Source: Paramoeba atlantica
Lineage: Eukaryota; Protista; Discosea
Assembly (NCBI GenBank): GCA_977017575.1
Contig: CDRNVI010000119.1
Location: forward strand, 1-23,003
Direction: 5' to 3'
Length of the DNA: 23,003 bases
Of this stretch, positions 1-12,290 are shown in pieces. Position numbers and translations under genes: made by a program. A model generated the notes under the pieces. It worked only from the letters and a program-made list of their open reading frames with translations, was not told the origin of the DNA and made no database searches. The number at the start of each line of letters is the position of its first letter. The first letter of the stretch is position 1.

Positions 1-390
1 GGAATAGAAACCGTGTTAGATACGTTAGATAAACAACACATCCCTTGGGGTATTGTCACCAATAAATTACAACAATTTACTTATCCATTATTAGAAACAT
101 TACAGTTAGATACGCGTAGTCAATGCATTATCTGTGCTGATTCCTTACCCTACAAAAAACCGCATCCTGCGCCACTATTGCATGCAAGTGATCAATTAGA
201 TATCCCTGTTAGCCAATGTGTTTATATTGGTGATAGTTACACTGATATACAAGCCGCTATCGCAGCACACATGCAATCAATTGCTGTGCGTTATGGTTAT
301 CACCGTGATGACGATGACATTGATAGTTGGGGTGCAGATCATGTGATCGATGAAGCAACGGATTTGTTGGGGTTACTAAAAAATAGTTAA
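1..390 (+). CDS. gph: HAD-family phosphatase (phosphoglycolate phosphatase Gph / MupP-like), 5'-truncated by window edge
   Basis: Frame is open from base 1 (GIETVLDTLDKQHIPWGIVTNK). Contains WGIVTNK, KPHPAPLLHA, YIGD..TDIQAA and AV.YGY...W.AD motifs typical of gammaproteobacterial Gph/MupP. The two subfamilies cannot be separated by eye. Confidence 0.8.
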   Translation, partial: GIETVLDTLDKQHIPWGIVTNKLQQFTYPLLETLQLDTRSQCIICADSLPYKKPHPAPLLHASDQLDIPVSQCVYIGDSYTDIQAAIAAHMQSIAVRYGYHRDDDDIDSWGADHVIDEATDLLGLLKNS

Positions 391-513
391 ATAATGCTAA
401 TTGCAATACGTTAAAAAAATACCTAAACTATTGATCAGTATTATCGTGCTTTTCGTGCCTATCTCTCGACTAAATCATCAGCTTTACCTAAATCAGGTGC
501 AAATTTTATGCGT

Positions 514-1296
514 TTATCCAGGGTTTGGTATCAAAGTATGGTTTGTTGATGTATTTACAGGCTGTAATTTTTCATCGGTATTCTGGCTCGATGGCTTAAA
601 GTGACTACTACTGCAAACTACAACAGGCTCCCCTTCGATTTTTTCCTGTTGCTGTTGATTCTCTGATAAAGATTCAGGCTGTGGTGTTTGTAAAGTATTA
701 CTATTTTCGCAATTGATTCCATTTGCATGTTGACTACCTGCCCATGTCACTTTCTTCTTTACACCGCCACTACTGGTTTTTTTATTAGGAAAGGAAGCTG
801 ATTGTATGTTTTCACGCTGCGGCCTAAATTCATATGGTATATTTCTTTCTGTAGCTGGTACGATCTCTTCTACACATTGTTTTACCATTTCTGCAGCGAA
901 ACCTAAAAATGCTTCTTTGCTCTGATTTTCTTTAAAAAAAGTATCAGGATCTATGTCATGTCTTTCTAAAGCAAGAAAAATTTGATTTTCTGCATCCCAG
1001 CCTGTTCCAAAACAGTAAAGTCTTTTGAAAGATTCGGATGGAATTAATTTAAGTTGATTATATTCGTTCCAAGAAAGTTTCAATAATGTATCGAACGCTT
1101 TAAAATTTCTAGCCATGTGCTCTCGCGAGAGTGACCTATATGGTGGAAATAAAACACTATCAATGTTAATTACTACAAGTTGTATCATTACATTTACTTG
1201 ATTTTTAGAAAAAGCAGGGTATTTCTTATGGTATGCAGTAGTTAGAATTTTTATATATTCTTTCTTATTTACATCGTTAGGATAATATAATTTCAT
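514..1296 (-). CDS. Hypothetical protein, 260 aa, with low-complexity Q/E/S/N-rich C-terminus
   Basis: Long ORF with ATG start and an AGGAG Shine-Dalgarno (complement of 1306-1310) 9 nt upstream. No family recognised. Confidence 0.75.
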   Translation of the reverse strand: MKLYYPNDVNKKEYIKILTTAYHKKYPAFSKNQVNVMIQLVVINIDSVLFPPYRSLSREHMARNFKAFDTLLKLSWNEYNQLKLIPSESFKRLYCFGTGWDAENQIFLALERHDIDPDTFFKENQSKEAFLGFAAEMVKQCVEEIVPATERNIPYEFRPQRENIQSASFPNKKTSSGGVKKKVTWAGSQHANGINCENSNTLQTPQPESLSENQQQQEKIEGEPVVVCSSSHFKPSSQNTDEKLQPVNTSTNHTLIPNPG

Positions 1297-1312
1297 ATAA
1301 AATAACTCCTAT

Positions 1313-1921
1313 CTATAACTTCGGATCACTAGATGAACTACCATCAGGCGGCAGATCATGACTGGACGATGAGCTACTACTACTAGACGAACTAGCAGGT
1401 TCAACAGAACTAAAATAACCAAATAAATTCTGATGCATGCTATTAGCACTAAATAAATTACTGCCGGGCAAACTATCAACGCTAACTTCTTGTAAGTGTA
1501 GTATTTTATACACGCTACTACACTTAAAATTTTCTATCCCCTCATAAACTTTTGCTCTAAAAGTTTCTAGATCTAGCATTTTCAGTGGATTGCGCGACAC
1601 TCTTAGGTTATTCCAGCCTTGCTCGTCAAAGACTGATCTTAAGAAAGAATTAATTGCTGCGTCAACAAATTCTTTAGGCATCTTATTAAAATTTCTAAAT
1701 GCGGCAAAAATAAAAGCAATATGCCTAGCAGATATGTAGAACAATTTATCATCACGAAGCTCTTTAGGCTCCCCTAATATTTTGAAATCTTCAAACTCTT
1801 CCGACTCCTCTGACTCTTCGAGTTTTTCTTGTTCTTTTGGCTTTTCTAATCCTTCCAATTCTTCTGCTTCTTCCAACTCTTCTAGACCTTCTGACTCTTC
1901 TGATCCTTCTGAAATTTCCGA
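1313..1921 (-). CDS. Hypothetical protein, 5'-truncated at the left junction; Glu-rich repeats at N-terminal side and poly-Ser C-terminus
   Basis: The track ORF 1313..1876 stays open upstream (SEISEGSEESEGLEELEEAEE) to 1921; the next codon upstream is a TAA (1922-1924) supplied by mitochondrial sequence. The true start is missing. Confidence 0.7.
   Translation of the reverse strand, partial: SEISEGSEESEGLEELEEAEELEGLEKPKEQEKLEESEESEEFEDFKILGEPKELRDDKLFYISARHIAFIFAAFRNFNKMPKEFVDAAINSFLRSVFDEQGWNNLRVSRNPLKMLDLETFRAKVYEGIENFKCSSVYKILHLQEVSVDSLPGSNLFSANSMHQNLFGYFSSVEPASSSSSSSSSSSHDLPPDGSSSSDPKL
1790..1918 (-). repeat. Imperfect in-frame 9-nt tandem repeats encoding x-E-E / x-E-G tripeptides
   Basis: Recurring ttctgactc / ttctgatcc / ttctagacc / ttccaactc-type units on the + strand, translating on the minus strand to SEG SEE SEG LEE LEE AEE LEG. 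Confidence 0.6.
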
Positions 1922-2228
1922 TTAGGATTTGCTTTTTTTTTTATCGGTGAATATGCTAATATTATATTAATGAGTGCATTAAATGTAATTTTATTTTTAG
2001 GAGGTTGATTACCACCTTTTAATTTTAATTTTTTTTTACCGCCTATAGTATGATTTACAATAAAAATTGTTTTAATGATATTTTTATTTATAGTAATAAG
2101 AGCCATGTTACCTAGATATAGATATGATCAATTAATGATATTAGGTTGAAAAGTATTTTTTACCGTTATCATTAGGTTTATTAGTTTTCTATGCAGGTAT
2201 AATGATTGGTTTTGATTTTTTACCTTAA
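1922..2228 (+). CDS. nad1: Mitochondrial NADH dehydrogenase subunit 1, C-terminal fragment (TGA=Trp, one +1 frameshift)
   Basis: [32 protein letters not shown]...[20 protein letters not shown], then after one extra T in the run at 2156-2161, LPLSLGLLVFYAGIMIGFDFLP* (TAA 2226-2228). Missed by the ORF track. Confidence 0.95.
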
Positions 2229-2261
2229 TTTTTTAGAATAATAAAATATAAAAAATTTTGA

Positions 2262-3736
2262 ATGTTATTAAAAATTTTACTTTTTTTACCATTATTTTTT
2301 GCGTTTATTTTAAGTTTAATACCTAAGAAAAAAATTATATTATTAAAACAATTATCTTTATTATTTAGTATAATAATTTTTTTTTATTGTATTAAATTAT
2401 TAGGTAATTTTAATATATATTATTCGTATATTCAATTTCAATCAAGTATTAGTTATTATCCTGGTATGGATTTTAGTATAGGTATAGATGGTATTTCTAT
2501 TTTTTTTATATTATTAATGAGTTTACTTTTACCTATTTCGTTATTAGTAAATTGAGAAAGTGTGAAATATCGTAATAAAGATTTTACTATTACTTTATTT
2601 ATATTAGAATTTTTAGTTTTTTGTATTTTTTGTTGTTTAGATATATTTTTTTTTTATATATTTTTTGAAGGTGTTTTAATACCTATGTTTTTTATTATAG
2701 GTATATGAGGTTCAAGACAACGAAAAATTCATGCTGTTTATCAATTTTTTTTATATACTTTTTTTGGATCAATATTTATGTTAGTATCTTTTTTAATAAT
2801 TTACTTACATGTAGGTTCTACAAATTGAAATATAATTAAATATATTGAATTTTCTGATCAACGACAATTAATATTATGATTAGGTTTTTTTATAGCATTT
2901 GCTATAAAAGTACCAATGATACCTTTTCATATATGATTACCAGAAGCTCATGTCGAAGCACCTACAACAGGTTCTATCTTATTAGCTGGTATTTTATTAA
3001 AATTAGGTACTTATGGTTTTTTAAGATTTTTATTACCTTTATTTCCTTATGGAATGAAATTTTTTTTCACCTTTAGTTATAGTTATTTGTATAATTAGTG
3101 TTATATACGGTTCGTTAGTAACAATTAGACAAATAGATTTGAAAAAAATAATAGCATATTTCATCTGTTGTACATATGAATTTTGCAATAATAGGTTTAT
3201 TTGCTAATAATTTAGAAGGTTTACAAGGTAGTTTATTCTTAATGATTAGTCATGGTATAATATCAAGTTCTTTATTTTTTTGCATAGGTGTTTTATATGA
3301 TCGTTATCATAGTCGTATATTATATTATTATGGAGGTTTAGTACAAGTTATGCCTATATTTGCTGTAATATTTATGATTTTTTCTTTAAGTAATATGGGC
3401 TTCCCTGGAACAAGTGGTTTTATTGGTGAAATTTTAATATTAATAGGAGTTTTTTTATGAAATATAAAAATTTCATTATTATTATTTACTAGTGTTGTTT
3501 TTGCAGCTGTTTATTCAATATGGTTATATAATAGATTAATTTTCGGTGAAATAAAAAATTATAATATAATGATTTATAATAATTTTTATTATAAAAAATG
3601 ATTTATAAAATTTTCAGATATTACTAAAAGAGAATTCTTTTTAATATTACCATTTATTTTTTTAAATTTTTTATTAGGTTTTTATCCTGATTTAATTTTT
3701 AATGTAACTTATCTATCAATTTTATCACTTATTTAA
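2262..3736 (+). CDS. nad4: Mitochondrial NADH dehydrogenase subunit 4 (TGA=Trp, two +1 frameshifts)
   Basis: [77 protein letters not shown]. Needs removal of one T at 3060-3067 and one at 3159-3161. TAA at 3734-3736. Confidence 0.95.
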
Positions 3737-3747
3737 ATTTAATTATT

Positions 3748-5241
3748 ATGAATTTTACAATTATTTTTAAAAATCAGGAATATCATTCTATATATAATGA
3801 TATTAAATATTTATTACCAGAAATATTTTTAATTTCTGGTGTTTTATTAATTTTAGTATTTATTATTTTTTATTCAAATATTAATGTATATAAATATATA
3901 AAATTAGTTTATTGTACTATTAATTTATTGGTATTTATATTAATATTATTTATATTATTAAATATTAATAATATAGATAATAATTTTATTATTTCATCTT
4001 ATTTATTATATAGTGACGGTATAATTTTTTTTTATAAAAATTTATTGTCAATAATTATGATTATATTATTAGTTACTTCTTATAATTATATGAGATTAAA
4101 TAAATTATTAATATTTGAATTTTATATATTAATGTTATTATCTTTTATTGGTATGATAACTTTATTATTATCATATGATTTTATTACAGCATATCTTTCT
4201 ATCGAATTACAAAGTTTATGTTTTTATATTTTAGCGGCAATAAATAGAAATAAGAATAGTTCTATAGAAGCTGGTTTAAAATATTTTATATTAGGATCAT
4301 TTTCATCAAGTTTATTAATAGTAGGTATAGCAATTATATATGGTGTAACTGGATTTACTAATTTTTATGATTTATCAAAATTATTTGAATTAGGTTTATA
4401 TAATATAAATTGGGATTCTTATATATTTATAGGTTTATTATTTATTAATATAGGATTATTTTTCAAATTAGCTATACCTCCGTTTCATATATGATTACCA
4501 GATATTTATGAAGGTTCTTTGAAAATAGTATTAGCTATTTTTGCATTATTGCCTAAATTGGCTATATTAATATTTTTTTGAAAAATATATTCTATAATTT
4601 TAATAAAAGATTTAATCGACTGACAAATATTTTTTTTAATATTTATACTATTATCTTGATTTATAGGTATATTAGGGGCTTTACAATCTAAAAAATTTTC
4701 AAGATTAATAGCTTACAGTTCTATTAATCATATGGGTTTTATATTATTAATTTTAATATTAAATGATGTATTGACTTTAACTTTATATATAATAATTTAT
4801 ATTTTAGCTTTAATAAATATTTTAATAATATGATTAAATATATTTAAATTTAATAATTATAAAGGGATTAATACTATATATCAATTTTTATATATTATAA
4901 AATCTAATAATTTATTATTTATAATTTTATTAATAGCTATATTTTCATTAGCAGGAATACCACCATTAGCTGGATTTTTCAGTAAATTTTTTATTTTCAT
5001 TAGTGCATTAAAACAAAATTATTATTTATTAGTAGTAATTGGACTTTTATTTAGTGTAGTTAGTTGTTTTTATTATTTAAGGTTAATAAAAATTATTATG
5101 TTTAATAATAGTTTTTATTGATTTTTTTTAACTCCTTTAAAAAGAAGTTATGCTTACATAATTGTTATATTATTTGTAGTAAATTCGATTTTTATATTAT
5201 TATTGCCTTTTTTATTAGAATATTTAAATTATATAATATAA
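3748..5241 (+). CDS. nad2: Mitochondrial NADH dehydrogenase subunit 2, 497 aa
   Basis: IELQSLCFYILA, IEAGLKYFILGSFSS, FKLAIPPFHIWLPDIYEG, LIAYSSINHMG, SLAGIPPLAGFFSKF. Continuous frame with TGA=Trp; TAA at 5239-5241. Confidence 0.95.
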
Positions 5242-5253
5242 TAATAATAATTT

Positions 5254-5859
5254 ATGAAGTATTTATATTTAAATCAGTTAATTTCAAGTAATTATAATAT
5301 ATCTTTACATAAAAAAAATAAATGAGGTAGACAACAAATTAATAATATAATTGGTTGATGTAAATTACATAATTATGTAATTATAGATATTGTTTCTATA
5401 TTTTTTAATATAAAAAATATAATTAATATAATTAATTATATTTCAACTAAATTAGGTATATCTTTATTATGTTTATTATCAGATAGTAATATAATTAATA
5501 CTTCATTAAAAAGAGTAAAAATAAAAAATTTTTATATGGTATATTTAGATAAAATTTATGGTTTTATATCTAATTTTTATATGTTTATTAAAAAAGGTCG
5601 AAAACATTATAAAAATATAGTTAATTATAGATCAAAAAGGTTACCTGATATAGTATTTATGTCAAAAGATAGTTGAAAAGATTATAATAATTTTTTTAAA
5701 ATATTTTTAGAATATAAAATATTATCTATAAAAAACACATCATTTTTAGAAAAGGATATTCATATTTGTTATAATATTATGGTTAATAATTCTTTAATTA
5801 TATATAATTTATGAAAATATATATATAAGCAAAATAGAATTTTATTTAAAAAATGTTAA
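5254..5859 (+). CDS. rps2: Probable highly divergent mitochondrial ribosomal protein S2, 201 aa
   Basis: Open frame with TGA=Trp, not in the ORF track. N-terminus LISSNYNISLHKKNKW...IIG..KLHNYVIIDI resembles the uS2 start, and RLPDIVF resembles the uS2 LPD motif. Overlaps the next gene by 7 nt (ATGTTAA). Confidence 0.6.
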
Positions 5860-6566
5860 AAGTAAATTATAAAAAATTAAATTTAATAAGAGTTTATAAA
5901 AGAGATCTTTGAGGTAGAATAATATTAAATAGAAAATTATTATTAATTAGAAATTATATTATTAAATTATTAAAAATAAAAAAATTTAAATATAATAAAA
6001 GAATAAATTTTTATAGGATTAATAATTTTGAGAAACCTGTATATTTTAGAAGAAGAACTAGATATGGTAAATATTTTATTTTACGAAGACAATTTAGAAT
6101 TTTTTATGGTTTTTTAAGTATTAAAAATATAAAAAAAATCATAAAAAAAAGTTTTAAAAAAAAATATGCTTTAAGTTATTTTATTTATATGATGGAATCT
6201 AGATTAGATGTATTAGTTTATAGATTACATTTAGTTAAAAGTGTTAGATCAGCTAGACAATGAATATTTAATGGTAATATTATTGTTAATAATAATATTA
6301 TAATTAATCCACAATATAATTTAAAAAAAGGTGATATATTAACTTTAAATAAAAAAAAAATATTATATTTTAAAAAAAAATTATATTATAATATAAAAAC
6401 AAAAAATTGATCTCGAAGTATTATACCTAATTATATTGAATATGATTATAATAATTTTGTTTTTAAATTTATAAGTCTTAATATATATGATGTACCTTTT
6501 TTTGCTCCGGTTACTTCTTATACTTTTTTAAATATAATGAATTTTTATACAAGATATTATTTTTAA
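5853..6566 (+). CDS. rps4: Mitochondrial ribosomal protein S4, 237 aa
   Basis: YGKYFILRRQFRIFYG, MESRLDVLVYRLHLVKSVRSARQWIFNGNIIVN, PQYNLKKGDIL (S4 RNA-binding motif). TGA=Trp; TAA at 6564-6566. Confidence 0.92.
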
Positions 6567-6681
6567 TTTATTAAAATAATAATATCTTTAAACTTGATCT
6601 TTTTTTGTTTTGTGTGTTTATTTATCGTTATTACACATAAATTTATTATAATAATAATTATGTATTTTAAGATAAATAATT

Positions 6682-8182
6682 ATGGACGCTAATAATCAGC
6701 AAAATAATATTTATTTTGGAATTGTAATTAAAGTTAAGGATGGTATTGCAACAATTAAAGGATTAGAAAACGCTAAAGCAGGAGAAGTTTTAGAATTTTC
6801 TAGTGGTGCTAAAGGATTAGCATTAAACTTAGCTGAAAATGAAATTAGTTCTGTTATTTTTGGTAATGAACAATTAATTAAACAAGGGGTTCGAGTCAAA
6901 AATACAGGTAAATTAATGACTATTAATATTTTCTTCTAAATTATTAGGTAGAGTTATTAATGCTATAGGTGAGCCTATAGATAATGATACAGCTATTGCT
7001 GCAACAGAAGTTAAAAATGTTGAGCAAAAAGCAGTAGGTATTATCGCTAGACAATCTGTTCATGAACCTATGTTAACAGGTATGAAATCTATAGATTCTT
7101 TAATTCCTATAGGTCGTGGTCAACGTGAATTAATTATTGGTGATAGACAAACAGGTAAAACTTCTATAGCTGTCGATACTATTATTAATCAATTAAATTA
7201 TAATAATAATGTTGATTTTAAAAATGTTAATTTATATTGTGTTTATGTAGCTATTGGTCAAAAAAAATCAACAGCTGCTAGAATATTTAGTACTTTACAA
7301 TCATTTCAATCAGCGCAATATACAGTTATTGTAAGTGCATTTGCTTCTGAATCTGCATCATTACAATATTTAGCACCTTATGTAGGTACTTCTATAAGTG
7401 AGTATTTTAGAGATAATAAAAAACATTGTGTCATTATATATGATGATTTAACTAAACATGCTGCCGCTTATAGACAAATGTCTTTATTATTAAGAAGACC
7501 ACCAGGTAGAGAAGCTTATCCAGGAGATGTTTTTTATTTACATTCTAGATTATTAGAAAGATCTTCTAAATTATCTACTAAATTAGGTTCAGGTTCAATA
7601 ACCGGTTTACCTGTTATTGAAACATTAGAAGGAGATGTTTCGGCTTATATTCCAACTAATGTTATATCTATTACAGATGGTCAAATATTTTTAGATACTG
7701 AACAATTTTATTCAGGTATAAGACCAGCAGTAAGTGTTGGTTTATCGGTTAGTAGAGTTGGTGGAGCTGCACAACCTAAATTAATGAAATCATTAGCAGG
7801 TTCTTTAAAGGTTGGTTTAGCCCAATTTAGAGAAGTTGAAAGTTTTGCTAGTTTAGGTTGTGATATAGATCCTGTTACTCAACAATTATTAGATCGTGGT
7901 TATAGATTAACTGAATTATTTGTACAAAGTAGATTTAATAATTATTCATTAGATTTATCTTTATTATCAGTTTTTGCAGGTTCTAAAGGTTTTTTTGATA
8001 AATTAGCTATAAATAAAATAAATGGTGTATTTGAAGAAATGGTTTTAGAAAGTAAAAAATTATTTTGATTACCTTTTTTTCAATTTTTAAATGATGTAAT
8101 TCATCCTGATAAAGTTGGTCTAAATTATAACTTTTTAGAAAGTTTTTTAGGCTCTTATAATAAATGATGTATTAATATTTAA
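6682..8182 (+). CDS. atp1: Mitochondrial ATP synthase F1 alpha subunit, about 499 aa (one +1 frameshift)
   Basis: Joins track ORFs 6682..6939 and 7070..8068 by removing one T at 6929-6932 ([20 protein letters not shown]). Has [17 protein letters not shown] (Walker A) and [23 protein letters not shown]. Reads through TGA to TAA at 8180-8182. Confidence 0.97.
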
Positions 8183-8187
8183 AAAAA

Positions 8188-9207
8188 ATGATTAATTTTG
8201 TAAATAATATAATTTTTTCAAATTTAGAGGCAGATTATGCTTTACCTGGACAATTAGGTTTTCAATACCCAGCTAATACTATAGCTCGAGGAATTATTGA
8301 TTTGCATAATCATATTATGTTTTTTTTAGTTTTTATTGTTGTATTTACTTTTGCTATGATTTATTTCACTTTAAGTACATTTACAATAAATAATAATAGT
8401 AATTTAGAGATTTTTAATAAAGTAAAAAATTTTTATAATGTAAGAATTTCGCATAATACATTATTAGAAACTCTTTGAATTATAATACCAAGTTTAATAT
8501 TAATATCTATAGCAATACCGTCTTTTGCTTTATTATATGCTATGGAAATATCTGGTGTAAGTCTGTTAACAATGAAAGTTACAGGACATCAGTGATATTG
8601 ATCTTATTCTTTTGTATTTAGTTTAGATAATCCTCAAATTGTATATGATATTGCGAGTAATACAAATATAGAGTTAGGAGGTTCTTTTTCAAATAATATA
8701 GCTGAATTTAGTTTCGATAGTTATATGGTACCTACTAATGAATTATCAGATAAAGGTTTACGTTTATTAGAAACTACAAATCCAGTAGTATTGCCTGTAG
8801 ATACTTTTATAAAAGTATATGTAACAGCTAGTGATGTATTACATTGTTGAGCTGTCCCTTCATTAGGTATAAAAATAGATGCTTGTCCTGGTAGGTTAAA
8901 TCAGGTAAATTTATTTATAGATAGAATTGGTCATTTTTATGGTCAATGTAGTGAATTATGTGGTGTAAATCATGGTTTTATGCCTATTGAAATATATAGT
9001 ATAACTAAATTAGATTATATTACATATTTATGTTTAGCTTGTGAAGATTTTAGAAATAATTCGTTTAATCAACTAATAAATTATTATCATTATTTTTATG
9101 AAGATGGAAGTAATGCTATTGTTTTTACTAGAGGTTTCTATGATTGATGACAAGATCAACTTAATTTATCAATAAAAGAATTTTTAAATAAAGAAAATAG
9201 TATATAA
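8188..9207 (+). CDS. cox2: Cytochrome c oxidase subunit 2, 339 aa, with C-terminal extension
   Basis: QLGFQ, GHQWYWSY (both W are TGA), DVLHCWAVPSLG, and CuA ligands [18 protein letters not shown] at 9205-9207. Confidence 0.97.
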
Positions 9208-9210
9208 AAT

Positions 9211-10080
9211 ATGATTAATAAATTTAAACATTTTCATTTTTGACATATTGTAACAATTAGTCCATGACCTTTATTATTATCTATGTTTGCATTATCAATG
9301 CCAGTAGGTTTAGTAACTTTTTTTCAAGGATTTTATTATGGTGTACCTGTATTTTTTATAGGTTTAATTATGGTAATATTTATTATATGTTTATGATTTA
9401 GAGATATAGTAATTGAAGCAAGTTATGAAGGTCATCATACTAAACAAGTTCAATCAAGCTTAATTATAAGCTTTTTACTTTTTATTTTTTCAGAAGTAAT
9501 GCTTTTTGTAGCTTTTTTCTGAGCTTTTTTTCATTCAAGTATTTTTCCTACAGTAGAATTAAATTGTAGTTGACCTCCCGTAGGAATGAGTGAAATAATT
9601 ATGGATCCTTTTGGTATTCCTTTATTAAATACTTTATTATTATTAACATCAGGTGCTACTTTAACTTTAGCACATTTATATTTAAAACAAGGATATATGG
9701 ATAAATGTTTATTAACTATGGTTGTTACAATTGTATTTGCTGTATTATTTTTATCTTTTCAGTTTTATGAATATAGTGTTTCTGCTTTTGATATTTCAGA
9801 TGGTGTTTATGGTTCAACTTTTTTTTGTTGTACTGGTTTACATGGTTTTCACGTTATTGTTGGTACTATAGCTTTAAGTATGACTACTTATCGTATATAT
9901 TTATCACATTTTTCACGTAATCACCATTTAGGTTTTGAATTTGCAGCTTGATATTGACATTTTGTTGATGTAGTATGATTATTTTTATATATGATTATAT
10001 ATTGTTGAGGTAGTGATATGGTAGCTCCTCTTATATTAGAATTAAAAGATGGAAAAGAGAATATTTTTTATTTAGTATAA
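9211..10080 (+). CDS. cox3: Cytochrome c oxidase subunit 3, 289 aa
   Basis: SPWP, [63 protein letters not shown]. TAA at 10078-10080. Confidence 0.97.
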
Positions 10081-10087
10081 ATTTACA

Positions 10088-11749
<1,662 letters not shown>

Positions 11750-11765
11750 TAATTTTACTAATATA

Positions 11766-11839
11766 ATCCCTCTGGTCTAATTGGTTAAGACATATCACTC
11801 ATAATGGTACTGATATAGGTTCAAGTCCTATGGGGGATA
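11766..11839 (+). tRNA. trnM/I(cau): tRNA with CAT anticodon (elongator Met or lysidine-modified Ile)
   Basis: Cloverleaf: acceptor ATCCCTC/GGGGGAT fully paired, anticodon arm TATCA-CTCATAA-TGGTA, T arm ATAGG-TTCAAGT-CCTAT. Confidence 0.9.
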
Positions 11840-11840
11840 A

Positions 11841-11912
11841 ATAGTTGTAGTGTAGTGGTTAACATATTAGTCTTCAAAACTAATGACATAGGTTCAAATC
11901 CTATCAACTGTG
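11841..11912 (+). tRNA. trnW(uca): tRNA-Trp(TCA), reads TGA
   Basis: Acceptor ATAGTTG/CAACTGT paired, anticodon arm TTAGT-CTTCAAA-ACTAA, short variable loop, normal T arm. Confidence 0.92.
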
Positions 11913-11944
11913 TTAATTATAGATGATATAATTAAATATAATAA

Positions 11945-12016
11945 AATAGGGTGACTGAAAGGTAAAGTATTGTTTTTTGGCAGCAAATCGTGTAGGTTCG
12001 AGTCCTACTCCTAAGT
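11945..12016 (+). tRNA. trnQ(uug): tRNA-Gln(TTG), acceptor mismatches at positions 1 and 2
   Basis: Anticodon arm TTGTT-TTTTGGC-AGCAA, T arm GTAGG-TTCGAGT-CCTAC, acceptor AATAGGG/TCCTAAG. Confidence 0.88.
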
Positions 12017-12029
12017 ATTAAAATTTTTT

Positions 12030-12102
12030 TTAAGGATAGTATAAATGGTTATTATAATTGATTGCAAATCTATAGATATCGGTTCGAGTCCGTTTCCTAA
12101 CT
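12030..12102 (+). tRNA. trnC(gca): tRNA-Cys(GCA), acceptor mismatches at positions 1 and 3
   Basis: Anticodon arm ATTGA-TTGCAAA-TCTAT, T loop TTCGAGT, acceptor TTAAGGA/TCCTAAC. Confidence 0.85.
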
Positions 12103-12129
12103 TTTTTAAATTTAATATAAATATAATAA

Positions 12130-12202
12130 ATACCTATAGTTTAATTGGTTAAAACATGCATTTGATAAGTGCAAATTGATAGTTCGAGTCTATCTGGGGT
12201 TA
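12130..12202 (+). tRNA. trnI(gau): tRNA-Ile(GAT), acceptor mismatches at positions 2 and 3
   Basis: D stem GTTT/AAAC, anticodon arm TGCAT-TTGATAA-GTGCA, acceptor ATACCTA/TGGGGTT. Confidence 0.9.
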
Positions 12203-12211
12203 TAAATAAAA

Positions 12212-12284
12212 AAATAGTTAGCTCAATTGGTAGAGCATCGGCCTTTTAAGCTGAGGGTTATAGGTTCGAGCCCTATACTATCTA
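12212..12284 (+). tRNA. trnK(uuu): tRNA-Lys(TTT), acceptor mismatch at position 2
   Basis: D stem GCTC/GAGC, anticodon arm TCGGC-CTTTTAA-GCTGA, acceptor AAATAGT/ACTATCT. Confidence 0.93.
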
Positions 12285-12290
12285 TAAAAA

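Noticed and set aside
401-604. Track ORF of 67 aa on + strand
   Set aside because: TTG start, overlaps the 3' end of the longer minus-strand gene, no recognisable motif.
1882-2106. Track ORF of 74 aa on - strand
   Set aside because: Antisense to nad1 and runs across the junction; a shadow ORF.
2876-3076. Track ORF of 66 aa
   Set aside because: Off-frame reading inside nad4.
6711-6899. Track ORF of 62 aa on - strand
   Set aside because: Antisense shadow of atp1.
11841-11912. Selenocysteine tRNA (TCA anticodon)
   Set aside because: It has a 7-bp acceptor stem and short variable loop, not the long arm and extended acceptor of tRNA-Sec, and TGA aligns to Trp.
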